Shown: in pieces, positions 1 through 7,649 of the stretch
Layout: every line of letters starts with the position of its first letter
Position numbering within the stretch: the first letter of the stretch is position 1
Virus record (IMG/VR): IMGVR_UViG_3300043173_000258
Span: 1 to 28,958 of that record
Strand: one strand, 5' to 3'
Source of the DNA: a virus
Taxonomy: Duplodnaviria > Caudoviricetes
DNA: 28,958 nt
Notes under the pieces: model-generated
Told to the model about the DNA's origin: nothing
Database searches by the model: none
The model's input: the letters and a program-made list of their open reading frames with translations, nothing else
Translations under genes and position numbers: made by a program

Positions 1-141
1 GGCGACGCGATGGTGAGAGCGGCGCAGGGGATGCAGCGTCACCTGGAGCTGCTGGAGCCGAGCGAGCCCGACGCGCTGGAGCCGCTTCGCGAGATCGCGG
101 CTGCGATGGATCGTCGCACACAGGCGGAGTTCGAGGAGTAG
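1..141 (+). CDS. partial hypothetical protein (3' end)
   Basis: Frame 1 is open from the window edge to TAG 139-141 with GC3-rich codons (…EIAAAMDRRTQAEFEE*). Confidence 0.6.
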   Translation, partial: GDAMVRAAQGMQRHLELLEPSEPDALEPLREIAAAMDRRTQAEFEE

Positions 142-202
142 GGCGCGAGAAGGCTGCGGGCGCTTCGGAGACCCAACGCTCCGGGCGCCCGCAGTTGCGT
201 TC
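141..202 (+). terminator. long GC hairpin after stop codon (terminator or processing stem)
   Basis: GGCTGCGGGCGC-TT-CGGAG (152-170) pairs with CTCCG-G-GCGCCCGCAGTT (179-196); no strong U tract. Confidence 0.45.
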
Positions 203-333
203 GTCGCAGCGGCGTCGATACTGATCGACACACACACACGAGGTCAACCGAATGAGCTTCACCTGAATGCCGAGCACGCTCGCCGCCGTGTCGGGTCGAC
301 ACCCACTGTCAACCCACACACACGGAGGCGACG

Positions 334-654
334 ATGAACGCCAACGGCACGACCTACCTGAAAGTGAAGATCAAGAGCCTGGCAGCCGAGGCTCGCATCA
401 TCCGGCTGGAAGAGCGACGCGCCACGAGCACGAGCCTGAAGTGCGGGCTCGCCGAGCACAGGCGCGGAGTCGTACGACGCGAGGCCCGTCTGTCACAGCT
501 CGCGTATGGCTTCCTGCGCGGCCGCGCGCTGGCGGCGATCGAGTCGAAGCGCCGGCCTGGGAACGCCCCTGACTGGAAGCGAGTCGCGTCGCTCGTCGCT
601 CGCTACGCGTCGAACGCGTCGCAGGCCGCTACGCTCGACGAGTGGCGCGCGTAG
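334..654 (+). CDS. phage hypothetical protein (LKVKIKSLAAEARIIR motif)
   Basis: (AC)n-GGAGG-CGACG-ATG start; GC3-rich codons. Confidence 0.8.
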   Translation: MNANGTTYLKVKIKSLAAEARIIRLEERRATSTSLKCGLAEHRRGVVRREARLSQLAYGFLRGRALAAIESKRRPGNAPDWKRVASLVARYASNASQAATLDEWRA

Positions 655-662
655 CGACAGAA

Positions 663-696
663 GAGGCCCGGGGCGGCGAGCGTAGCCCCGGGCCTC
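663..696. terminator. hairpin between convergent genes, possible bidirectional terminator
   Basis: 12-bp perfect stem GAGGCCCGGGGC/GCCCCGGGCCTC between stops at 654 (+) and 719 (-). Confidence 0.55.
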
Positions 697-718
697 CGAT
701 CGTCCCATAGAGGCGATT

Positions 719-1216
719 CTACGGCGTGGCGTCCCAGCCCGCTCTCGTCTCTGCGCGCTCGACGATCGACTGCGCTGCGTCCCGGCAGCCCTCGCAGTGT
801 GCTTCGACCGGGTGGAACGGATCGCCGGTCAGGCACGACGGACAGCGTGCGTCCTCGTCCGAGTGGTCGAGGAAGTGTGGCCAGTCGAGCGCCACGACGT
901 CCGGCTGGCTCACCGAGGTGAACCCGATCGACTCGACGCGCCAGTAGGTCGGCGACTCCCAATCGCACTTCGGGTCGTCTGCGCCTGGGGCCGGGACCTC
1001 GATGACGTCACCCACGCTCAGGCTCGGGCACCGCCTGGGCTGGAAGTCGTTCTGCCCGAAGTGGAAGGCGCCGTTGAGCACCGCTGCCGGATACTCGTCG
1101 TCCTCCAGCGGGTGCTCGGCCATCCCCGGCCACGTGTCCCTGATGTCGATCGGACGGAGCATCGTAGGCTCTCCGTCGTGGCCCGTGAACGCGGTCATCC
1201 ATGCGTAGACTCTCAT
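719..1216 (-). CDS. YodL-like domain protein with C-terminal CxxC…CxxC zinc-finger motif
   Basis: SLSVGDVI…YWRVESIGF resembles the YodL motif; CPSC…CEGC; TGATG coupling to upstream gene. Confidence 0.65.
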   Translation of the reverse strand: MRVYAWMTAFTGHDGEPTMLRPIDIRDTWPGMAEHPLEDDEYPAAVLNGAFHFGQNDFQPRRCPSLSVGDVIEVPAPGADDPKCDWESPTYWRVESIGFTSVSQPDVVALDWPHFLDHSDEDARCPSCLTGDPFHPVEAHCEGCRDAAQSIVERAETRAGWDATP

Positions 1217-1620
1217 CAGCTCGTCTCCCCATCGTGCTCGTCGCGCAGTGCCAGGATCTGCGACGGGCTGTCAGAGAGTCGCCCGAAGCGCGTCGTGATC
1301 CGGCGCCGTGCCAGGTCGTGGAACGCCTCGTGCAACTCGTCGATCAGTCGTGACGATCCCATCGCCGCGACCCACTCCAGGGTCTCGGGCCTGGGGTCAA
1401 GCCCAGAGCGCGGGCTGACCTCGTGCATCGCGATCAGCCCCTGGATGTGCTCGCGAAGGTCGTCGGGGAATTCCCGATCACCCGTGACGAGCGATACCTG
1501 CTCAACCATCGTGTGCTCGATCGCGGCGACGGCCTCCAGGAACGTGTCGTACACGTTCGAGGAAGTCCCTTCGCTCAGGCCCGCGATCTCGCGCGCTGCG
1601 CCGTCGAAGTAGCTGCTCAT
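1216..1620 (-). CDS. hypothetical protein (MSSYFDGAAREI…)
   Basis: Start revised to ATG 1620 with GGAGG RBS and ATGA overlap with the upstream stop. Confidence 0.7.
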   Translation of the reverse strand: MSSYFDGAAREIAGLSEGTSSNVYDTFLEAVAAIEHTMVEQVSLVTGDREFPDDLREHIQGLIAMHEVSPRSGLDPRPETLEWVAAMGSSRLIDELHEAFHDLARRRITTRFGRLSDSPSQILALRDEHDGETS

Positions 1621-2015
1621 GACGCCACCTCCGACTCGTCCAGCATGCGCCAGGAGCGCATGTGGCTGACGCTGGCCTTGAAGCCCTTCCCGGTCCCGTC
1701 CTCGATCTTGATCGGGTACTTCTTGGCGAGCTTGTTCAGGCCCACGACGGTGAAGACGCGATTGCCGTGGTCGATGAACGAGCGCCCGAGCCAGTCGCTC
1801 GGGATCCCGAGCTTGTCGGCGAAGCGCTCCCACTCGACGTCGGCCTTGCCGCGGCCGCCCGCCTCCGTGCACGTCACCTTGAAGCTCACGGAGCCAGCCT
1901 CACTGTCGTACCGCGACCGGGGCTCCACGGTGACGTCCATCCCCAGGCTCTTGGCGACCTTCGCCATCTCGTGCTCGAATCTGTTCCGTGTGTACTTTGC
2001 TGAACTGCGGTCCAT
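1617..2015 (-). CDS. hypothetical protein
   Basis: CACACAC-GAAGGAGAACGAT-ATG leader; 132 aa. Confidence 0.8.
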   Translation of the reverse strand: MDRSSAKYTRNRFEHEMAKVAKSLGMDVTVEPRSRYDSEAGSVSFKVTCTEAGGRGKADVEWERFADKLGIPSDWLGRSFIDHGNRVFTVVGLNKLAKKYPIKIEDGTGKGFKASVSHMRSWRMLDESEVAS

Positions 2016-2042
2016 ATCGTTCTCCTTCGTGTGTGCTGATGC

Positions 2043-2159
2043 CTACCAGCGTGGGTCGTTCGTTTGTTCAAACTCACCGTCCTCGATCAGGACGGCCGGT
2101 CCGACGCGCTCGCACTCGTCGAGCAGCGCGAGCACGTCGGGGTCGATGTCGTCGTTCAC
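2043..2159 (-). CDS. small acidic protein, 38 aa (MNDDIDPDVLALLDECERVG…)
   Basis: GTG overlaps the upstream TGA and fills the gap; below the ORF-track size cutoff. Confidence 0.5.
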   Translation of the reverse strand: MNDDIDPDVLALLDECERVGPAVLIEDGEFEQTNDPRW

Positions 2160-2662
2160 GACGTCGTCTCATCGTCGATGACGATCAGCTTGGCGCCGAT
2201 GTACTCCAGGTTCGTGACGTTGGCGCCGTGTGCGCCCCCGCCCTTGTAGATCAGCACCACTTCGTTCGTGCGACGAACCTTCCAGCGACCCGCGAGCACC
2301 TTGTGCTTGACGAAGTCGCCGTTGTGGATCTCCTTGCCATTCGAGAGCCTGATCAGCTTGTAGGTCGGACGGCGAGTCGCGCCAGCGTCGTCGTCGCTCG
2401 CCAGGTCCTCGTCGTCCACCACGAGGTCGGTCGCCTCGTCGATCGCGTCGAGCAAGGCCCGCAGGAGCGGTGACGCTCGTCGCACCGTGTTCGTGTACCG
2501 CTCCGCGAAGTCGTTGAACGCGACGTGGAGCGCGGCCTGCTGCTCGGCCGGCGCTTCGGTGATGACGTCGAAGAGGGCGCTGGCGAGCGTGTTCCTGTTG
2601 GTGGCGCGCTCAGCGATCTGGCGCTGGGCTCGCTCGTAGTTCTTGGTGTGCTTGTTGCTCAT
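2156..2662 (-). CDS. hypothetical protein (MSNKHTKNYERAQ…)
   Basis: Start revised to 2662: (AC)n…GGAGAACGAG-ATG; lies directly downstream of the hammerhead. Confidence 0.8.
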   Translation of the reverse strand: MSNKHTKNYERAQRQIAERATNRNTLASALFDVITEAPAEQQAALHVAFNDFAERYTNTVRRASPLLRALLDAIDEATDLVVDDEDLASDDDAGATRRPTYKLIRLSNGKEIHNGDFVKHKVLAGRWKVRRTNEVVLIYKGGGAHGANVTNLEYIGAKLIVIDDETTS

Positions 2663-2694
2663 CTCGTTCTCCGTGGCGCGTGTGTGTGTGGCTT

Positions 2695-2745
2695 CCTGGA
2701 CGCCCGAGGGCGTTTCGGCCGATGCCACTCGGCCTCGTCAGCAGG
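2695..2745 (-). ncRNA. type I hammerhead self-cleaving ribozyme
   Basis: Minus strand reads CCUG-CUGACGA-GGCCGA(GUGGCA)UCGGCC-GAA-ACGCC(CUCG)GGCGU-C-CAGG. The complete CUGANGA/GAAA/GUC core and all three stems are present. Predicted cut is between 2699 and 2698. Confidence 0.9.
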
Positions 2746-2747
2746 GG

Positions 2748-2954
2748 CTACCCGACCACCGTCACGCCGTTGTGGCAGAGAGCGAAAATGTCATGGCGGT
2801 CTCTGGCGTGATCGAGAATTGCGATCGGCGCGAAGCGCCCGTCCTCGTTAACTGCGATCACGTAGCTCAGGCTGTCGAGGTCGATCAGCTTGGCGAGCGC
2901 CTTCACGGCATTGGCTCGGGTCTTGTAGGTTCGGTCGGTTCGTAGAATGTCCAT
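2748..2954 (-). CDS. hypothetical protein (MDILRTDRTYKTRANAVKAL…)
   Basis: Start revised to 2954: (AC)n-CACCAAGGAGAACGAG-ATG. Confidence 0.8.
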   Translation of the reverse strand: MDILRTDRTYKTRANAVKALAKLIDLDSLSYVIAVNEDGRFAPIAILDHARDRHDIFALCHNGVTVVG

Positions 2955-2997
2955 CTCGTTCTCCTTGGTGGTGTGTGTGTTGGGATTCATCTCGGCT

Positions 2998-3174
2998 CTA
3001 CTTCGAGGCGAGCCACGCGATGCACGCGCTGGCGTTGCCGGACTTGCTCGGGCGACTCGCGCCCGGGCTCTTGATCTTGTACGTGCCGGCCTTGTCGCCG
3101 AGCTGGACGGTGAAGCCCAGGGGGCGGGCGGCGCGGACGACGGCCCAGAGAGTCGGCTGAAGCTTCATGATCAC
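2998..3174 (-). CDS. small hypothetical protein
   Basis: GGAGG RBS; GTG 3174 (or ATG 3168) coupled to upstream TGA; the longer 331-aa track ORF is a repeat read-through. Confidence 0.6.
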   Translation of the reverse strand: MIMKLQPTLWAVVRAARPLGFTVQLGDKAGTYKIKSPGASRPSKSGNASACIAWLASK

Positions 3175-3305
3175 TTGACCTCCTGGGCGATCGACGCGCT
3201 GGCACTGACGACGTTGGAGCCGGGAAGCTCCCAGCTCTGCAGGGCGGGGACGGCGATCGAACCCAGCACCCATGCGATCGAGATTGCGATCAGAAGCTTG
3301 GCCAT
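3171..3305 (-). CDS. small membrane or secreted protein, 44 aa
   Basis: GAGGAGAACGAA-ATG; hydrophobic N-terminus LLIAISIAWVLGSIAV; first gene of the leftward operon. Confidence 0.7.
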   Translation of the reverse strand: MAKLLIAISIAWVLGSIAVPALQSWELPGSNVVSASASIAQEVK

Positions 3306-3352
3306 TTCGTTCTCCTCTTTCGGGCGTGTTTCTCTCTGCCGCCCTGACACTC

Positions 3353-3381
3353 TTATCGTCCTGACCCCGATCGAGGTGGAG
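3353..3381 (-). promoter_or_regulatory. putative promoter of leftward operon (CTCCAC-N15-GACGATAA)
   Basis: Same GACGATAAG box and 15-nt spacing as at 4649 and 6905. Confidence 0.55.
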
Positions 3382-3594
3382 TGAATTAGCCGTAAGAGAA
3401 GGAGGAACCGCCCTCGAGCCTGCGTGCGCGTTGCGCCGGTAACGCAACCTCTTGAATGGCCTACGCCCAGCGATCGGCGGACGGTGGGTATGCTCGCCGC
3501 CCTCCCCTGGTCGATCGAGCCAGGCCCTGACGAGACCAGCGAGAGAGGCGGTCCCAGCGCGCTCGTCCTGCTCTCGCTCAGCTCGCGCCCACAC

Positions 3595-3970
3595 GCCGAC
3601 CACATTGCGCCACAATGTTGTGAGCGCAGACCACATCCGTTTTTCGCAGACCACATCCGTCGGCGCCGACGACATCCGACCACAATGGCCACAATCCCAC
3701 ACTTGCGCATCACCTGCGTGTGTTGCGCACATGTTGCGCATTGTGCGGGAGAGTGACGGATGTCGTCGGTCGTGACGGATGTGGTCGGCGACCGACGGTT
3801 GTGGTCGGCGGCCACAATGTTGTGACCCATTGCAGACGGATGTCGTCGGCGGTGACGGATGTCGTCGGCGACCGACGCATTGTGTCGGCGGCCACAATGT
3901 TGTGGCCCATTGCAGACGGATGTGGTCGGCGACCGACGAAGGTTGTCGGCGGTGACGAAATGTGTCGGCG
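3595..3970. repeat. bidirectional iteron-like repeat array (candidate origin or terminus)
   Basis: GACGGATGT(C/G)GTCGG-like units at 3755, 3774, 3794, 3835, 3854, 3874, 3915, 3935, 3954; reverse copies at 3626, 3646, 3665; 80-bp higher-order duplication. Confidence 0.85.
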
Positions 3971-4314
3971 GTGTCGGAAAGCGCGGTTGGCATACTTCTT
4001 ACGGCGGCGGTCGGTGACCAATTTTGTATGCCAAAAAGTTGGCACAGAATATCTTTCCGACGGCGCAGCGACCAAGCAACTCACACGCAAAACAAGCAGT
4101 CTGTACGCAGTTCAAAAACCATGCCATGCGCAAGTCCCGCGTATCAGGTGAACGGGCCACCCCCCGTATGCTCCCAGCCACCCTGGCTACGGCAGCGCTC
4201 GTGGCAGCTCAGAGCGTCGTTTCAGGATCGACACGCAGTGCGTCTCGTAACCGCGCGCTATCGCTTGGGAGATAGTGAACCGCACGAGCGCCCTGTGGAT
4301 TTGTCTGTCTATCG

Positions 4315-4343
4315 CTAAAGAGAACGCATAGAATGGACGTTAT
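4315..4343 (+). promoter_or_regulatory. putative promoter of rightward operon (CTAAAG-N15-GACGTTAT)
   Basis: TAAAG upstream box and variant downstream box at the same spacing, 55 nt before ATG 4399. Confidence 0.5.
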
Positions 4344-4398
4344 ATAGAAGGAGGCGCCGCAAGGAAGCGGGCCGCAGACAGACAGCAGGAGAGAGACG

Positions 4399-4644
4399 AT
4401 GACCGACGACCAACGCAAAGCGAAGTGGGAGCAAGGCCGAGAGCGCCGCGAGGAGATCGAGGCCATTCGCACGAAGCAGGCCACGTGCCGACACCGATTC
4501 AGCGAGACGGTCTGGACGGTCGGCTTCACCAACCTTGGCCGTGGCGAACGCGGACAGGAGCGCCAGGGCATCACGGTGCGGTGCGCGAAGTGCGACAAGA
4601 CCGCCGTCCGTAACTGCGCGACTGGCCGCCTGGTCTACCGGTAA
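4399..4644 (+). CDS. hypothetical protein, putative zinc-binding (CxH…CxxC…C)
   Basis: AGGAG RBS; 81 aa. Confidence 0.7.
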   Translation: MTDDQRKAKWEQGRERREEIEAIRTKQATCRHRFSETVWTVGFTNLGRGERGQERQGITVRCAKCDKTAVRNCATGRLVYR

Positions 4645-4648
4645 GGGG

Positions 4649-4677
4649 CTTCAGTCTCAGACTGAAGGCGACGATAA
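4649..4677 (+). promoter_or_regulatory. putative promoter CTTCAG-N15-GACGATAA with overlapping palindrome
   Basis: Motif repeated at 6905; inverted repeat CTTCAGTCT-C-AGACTGAAG. Confidence 0.6.
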
Positions 4678-4731
4678 GAGAAGTGAGGCGCGGCACGGGC
4701 CGCGACCGAGACAGGGACAAGGAGAACGACG

Positions 4732-5205
4732 ATGGCAACCAAGACCAACCAGGCAGCACGCACACGACACCAGGCGAGCCCCACAGCGTACTACCAGCGC
4801 GCCGGCTTCCGCCCCCAGTACCAATTCACCGATGGCACCAAGAGCGTCTCGGCCAGCCTGCGACGCGGCTGGAAGAACGCAGTGGCCGACGCATACGAGA
4901 GCGTGCTGGCGCTGGCGACGGACCCGAGCTTCGACGCTGAGATTGTCGAAGAGCTGGAGCTGGTCCGCTGCGAGCTTCGCTCCCACATCCGATCGGTCCG
5001 GCGCGAGTCGTGGGCCGGAGCCCGGCAGACCGAGAGCGCCTTCATCGCGATGCGCGACGACGTCACGGCCGCGCTGAAGGAGGTCCGCTCGCAGGCCAGC
5101 GCACGTCGCCGCGAGCTGGACGCGATCATAGCCACCGGGGTCAGCGCGATCGGCTTCGACGCCTGGCAGGCCGCGCTCGACGAGCGCCACCCGACCGACA
5201 GCTAG
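4732..5205 (+). CDS. hypothetical helical protein
   Basis: AAGGAGAACGACG-ATG leader; 157 aa. Confidence 0.8.
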   Translation: MATKTNQAARTRHQASPTAYYQRAGFRPQYQFTDGTKSVSASLRRGWKNAVADAYESVLALATDPSFDAEIVEELELVRCELRSHIRSVRRESWAGARQTESAFIAMRDDVTAALKEVRSQASARRRELDAIIATGVSAIGFDAWQAALDERHPTDS

Positions 5206-5236
5206 CCCACACACACACGAGCGAAGGAGAACGACG

Positions 5237-5509
5237 ATGGACATCCAACGAGCAGAGCAGATCAGGGAAGCGTTCGGCCACTGCACGTCAGTGTACGAGT
5301 GCAGGAACGCCGAAGAGATCGTGGCCGACTTCGCCAGCATCGAGGAGTCACACAGGACCGAAGCGAACTGGGTTCACATCCAGCTCAGCGTCGAGTCGAT
5401 CGTGGCGGAACGCTCAGGCTGCTACGGCGAGTGGAGGGACGAGATGGAGCCGGGCGTCATCGAACGGCTCGCCGCGATCGGGATCGACCCGACGCAGAAC
5501 ACCTGGTAG
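5237..5509 (+). CDS. hypothetical protein
   Basis: (AC)5-GAGCGAAGGAGAACGACG-ATG leader. Confidence 0.8.
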   Translation: MDIQRAEQIREAFGHCTSVYECRNAEEIVADFASIEESHRTEANWVHIQLSVESIVAERSGCYGEWRDEMEPGVIERLAAIGIDPTQNTW

Positions 5510-5535
5510 CACGCACACACACGAAGGAGAAGACG

Positions 5536-5688
5536 ATGGACACCACGGAAATCGACAGCCTGATCGAGTCAATCATCTCGCAGCTCAACGACGCGAAGAA
5601 CAACCACGGCACGATCATCGACGACGCGGAGCTGATCAAGTTCCTACGCGAGATGGACGGGGACATCGGCGACTTCATCGAGGAGTAG
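5536..5688 (+). CDS. small highly acidic protein, 50 aa
   Basis: (AC)n-GAAGGAGAAGACG-ATG; MDTTEIDSLIESII…GDFIEE. Confidence 0.75.
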   Translation: MDTTEIDSLIESIISQLNDAKNNHGTIIDDAELIKFLREMDGDIGDFIEE

Positions 5689-5756
5689 CCACACACACAC
5701 GAGTTGCGCGGCACGTCGCCGCGAACGAGAGAACGAAACGAACGAAGGAGAACCAA

Positions 5757-6818
5757 ATGTCAAACGTACACGACGCCAAGAGCCTCTACTTCAACGCCAC
5801 CAATCGCAAGCGCTCCTACGGTGGTCGCTTCGGGACCGACATCGGTGACTGCACGAACATCGACGAGGCAGCCGCCAAGGTCCCGGGCTTCACGGATCGG
5901 ATCGCCAAGCTCCCGATCAGCGTCGAGCTGCCCGGCTCGATCGTGTCGAACATGACCGGCGGCAAGGACACCAAGCCGGGGATGGTCGACATCGACCGCA
6001 AGTACGCCACCGTGAACGAGCGGACCGGCGCGCGGTACGGCGTGGTCGGCGAGGACTACGAGGTCTGTCAGTGGGACAGCGCGTTCCTCGTCCCACGCAT
6101 CCTGCAGCAGGAAGGCAAGCTGGAGTTCGACGCTGCGGGCACCACGAAGGACGGAGCCAAGCTCTGGATGTCGATGAAGATCGACAGCGGGATCATTCGC
6201 CAGCTCGACGGAAGCGAAGACGCCCTGGAGCACTACCTGCTCTTCAGCAACGCACACACGGGGAAAAACTCCGTGATCGGGGGCCTGCACACGCATCGCT
6301 TCTCGTGCAGCAACGCGTTGGCCACGACGATCAGGGGGATGAAGACGCAGTTCAGACTCTCCCATCGTGGCAACCTCGAGGAGCGCATCGCCGAGGCACA
6401 CGGAATGATCGTGGAGGCGACGAGCGCGCTCGATCAACTCCAGGACACGTTCCAGGCCCTGGCGCTGAAGCGCATGACGAAGAAGCAGTTCCGCAACTTC
6501 GCCAAGAAGATCCTCGACGAGGTACAGGGGACGCACGACGAGCACGACGGTCAGCGGGACGCTCGCGACAGCGAGGACTCACGCACGGCCAAGATCGACG
6601 AGCTGGAGGCGTACTTCGGCTCGGGTAACCAGGGAGCCGGCGCAACGGCCTGGGGCGCATACCAGACCATCACGGGCTACCTGGACGCCAAGCAGGCCGA
6701 GCGTGACCTGGCCAAGACGAGCGTGGCTCAGCTCAATCGCCACTTCGAGTCGACCGCCTTCGGCAAGAACCATCGGACCAAGAGCAAGGCACTCAACCTG
6801 CTCCTGGCTCGCAAGTAG
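5757..6818 (+). CDS. DUF932-family phage/plasmid protein
   Basis: Start revised to 5757 (GAAGGAG RBS); motifs GVVGEDYEVCQ, YLLFSNAHTG, RFSCSNAL, TAWGAYQTITGYLD. Confidence 0.8.
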   Translation: MSNVHDAKSLYFNATNRKRSYGGRFGTDIGDCTNIDEAAAKVPGFTDRIAKLPISVELPGSIVSNMTGGKDTKPGMVDIDRKYATVNERTGARYGVVGEDYEVCQWDSAFLVPRILQQEGKLEFDAAGTTKDGAKLWMSMKIDSGIIRQLDGSEDALEHYLLFSNAHTGKNSVIGGLHTHRFSCSNALATTIRGMKTQFRLSHRGNLEERIAEAHGMIVEATSALDQLQDTFQALALKRMTKKQFRNFAKKILDEVQGTHDEHDGQRDARDSEDSRTAKIDELEAYFGSGNQGAGATAWGAYQTITGYLDAKQAERDLAKTSVAQLNRHFESTAFGKNHRTKSKALNLLLARK

Positions 6819-6825
6819 ACGAACG

Positions 6826-6863
6826 GCGGGCGGCGAGGGCGGAGGGGCCCTCGACGTTCCCGC
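6826..6863 (+). terminator. GC hairpin after the DUF932 gene
   Basis: CGAGGGC/GCCCTCG inner stem with GCGGG/CCCGC outer stem; no U tract. Confidence 0.35.
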
Positions 6864-6901
6864 GGAAGCGCACACACAGCGTGCTGCGATTCCTCGGGAA
6901 C

Positions 6902-6933
6902 GGGCTTCAGCTGAAGCCCCGACCAGACGATAA
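6902..6933 (+). promoter_or_regulatory. putative promoter CTTCAG-N15-GACGATAA with 18-bp palindrome
   Basis: GGGCTTCAGCTGAAGCCC (6902-6919); GACGATAA at 6926-6933. Confidence 0.6.
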
Positions 6934-6997
6934 GTAGATAGCACCACGGAGAGCGCACAGGGCGCGACCCGACCTGAACGAACGAAGGAGAACGACG

Positions 6998-7363
6998 ATG
7001 GCCAAGAGCAACGAGCGCTTCAACATCAAGGTCCCGCTCGGCGACGCCGAGCACAAGAGCGAGGAGAAGGGCTCCACGAAGTACGTGAAGCGCGCACTCG
7101 CGAACCTCAAGGGCACCAAGCCCAAGCGCACCGGGATCGTCTTCTGGCGCAAGACGCACTACCTCGCGACGGAGATCCAGGACCACCCGGGATCGTTCGT
7201 GGTCAGCCGCAAGGCCAAGGCCAGCGAGACGCCCGAGAAGGCGGAGCCGAAGAAGGCGACGCCCAAGGGCAAGGCCACGACCACGGCCAAGAAGAAGGGC
7301 GCCAAGGCTCGCGCGTCCAAGGGCAAGTCCACCAAAAAGGAGGGAGTTCGTCGCGCCGCCTGA
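6998..7363 (+). CDS. Lys/Ala-rich histone H1-like basic protein
   Basis: Strong RBS; C-terminal KKATPKGKATTTAKKKGAKARASKGK; may be fused to the next ORF (see findings). Confidence 0.7.
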   Translation: MAKSNERFNIKVPLGDAEHKSEEKGSTKYVKRALANLKGTKPKRTGIVFWRKTHYLATEIQDHPGSFVVSRKAKASETPEKAEPKKATPKGKATTTAKKKGAKARASKGKSTKKEGVRRAA

Positions 7364-7418
7364 CAGTCAGGAGGACGATGAGACCCAAGCCGGCGACGAC
7401 GCTGGCGCACCGGGCGGA

Positions 7419-7649
7419 GTGACGGACATGGATGGGAAGGCCCTGCAGGTGGGAAGCAAGGTGCGCGTCCCCGAGTACAAGAGCAGCGCACTCGGAGTCG
7501 CCATCCCCGCCTTCACGGGCACCATCACAGAGATCCTGGAAGACGCGAAGGGGCTGATGCTCCGGCTTCAGCAGCGACACGTCTCTCACGATCGAGCCGT
7601 CAGACCCGCGATGGTGTCAAGGCGCCGCTTCAAGGCAGCGGCAGCATGA
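7419..7649 (+). CDS. small KOW/SH3-like beta-barrel protein
   Basis: DGKALQVGSKVRV…FTGTITEI pattern. Confidence 0.55.
   Translation: MTDMDGKALQVGSKVRVPEYKSSALGVAIPAFTGTITEILEDAKGLMLRLQQRHVSHDRAVRPAMVSRRRFKAAAA

Noticed and set aside
3526-3560. Second hammerhead (CUGACGA-GACC…GGUC)
   Set aside because: No GAAA after the stem and no stem III or NUH site.
3595-3970. CRISPR array
   Set aside because: Units are ~15 bp with only 4-5 bp between them, there are no unique spacers, both orientations occur, and no cas genes are present.
3306-4320. Long ORFs across the repeat region (e.g. 2998-3993, 3171-3830, 3720-4151)
   Set aside because: Repeat-derived translations without RBS; the real starts are at 3174 and 3305.
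5010-5756. N-terminal extension of the 602-aa track ORF
   Set aside because: Overlaps three better-supported genes; the DUF932 gene has its own RBS at 5757.
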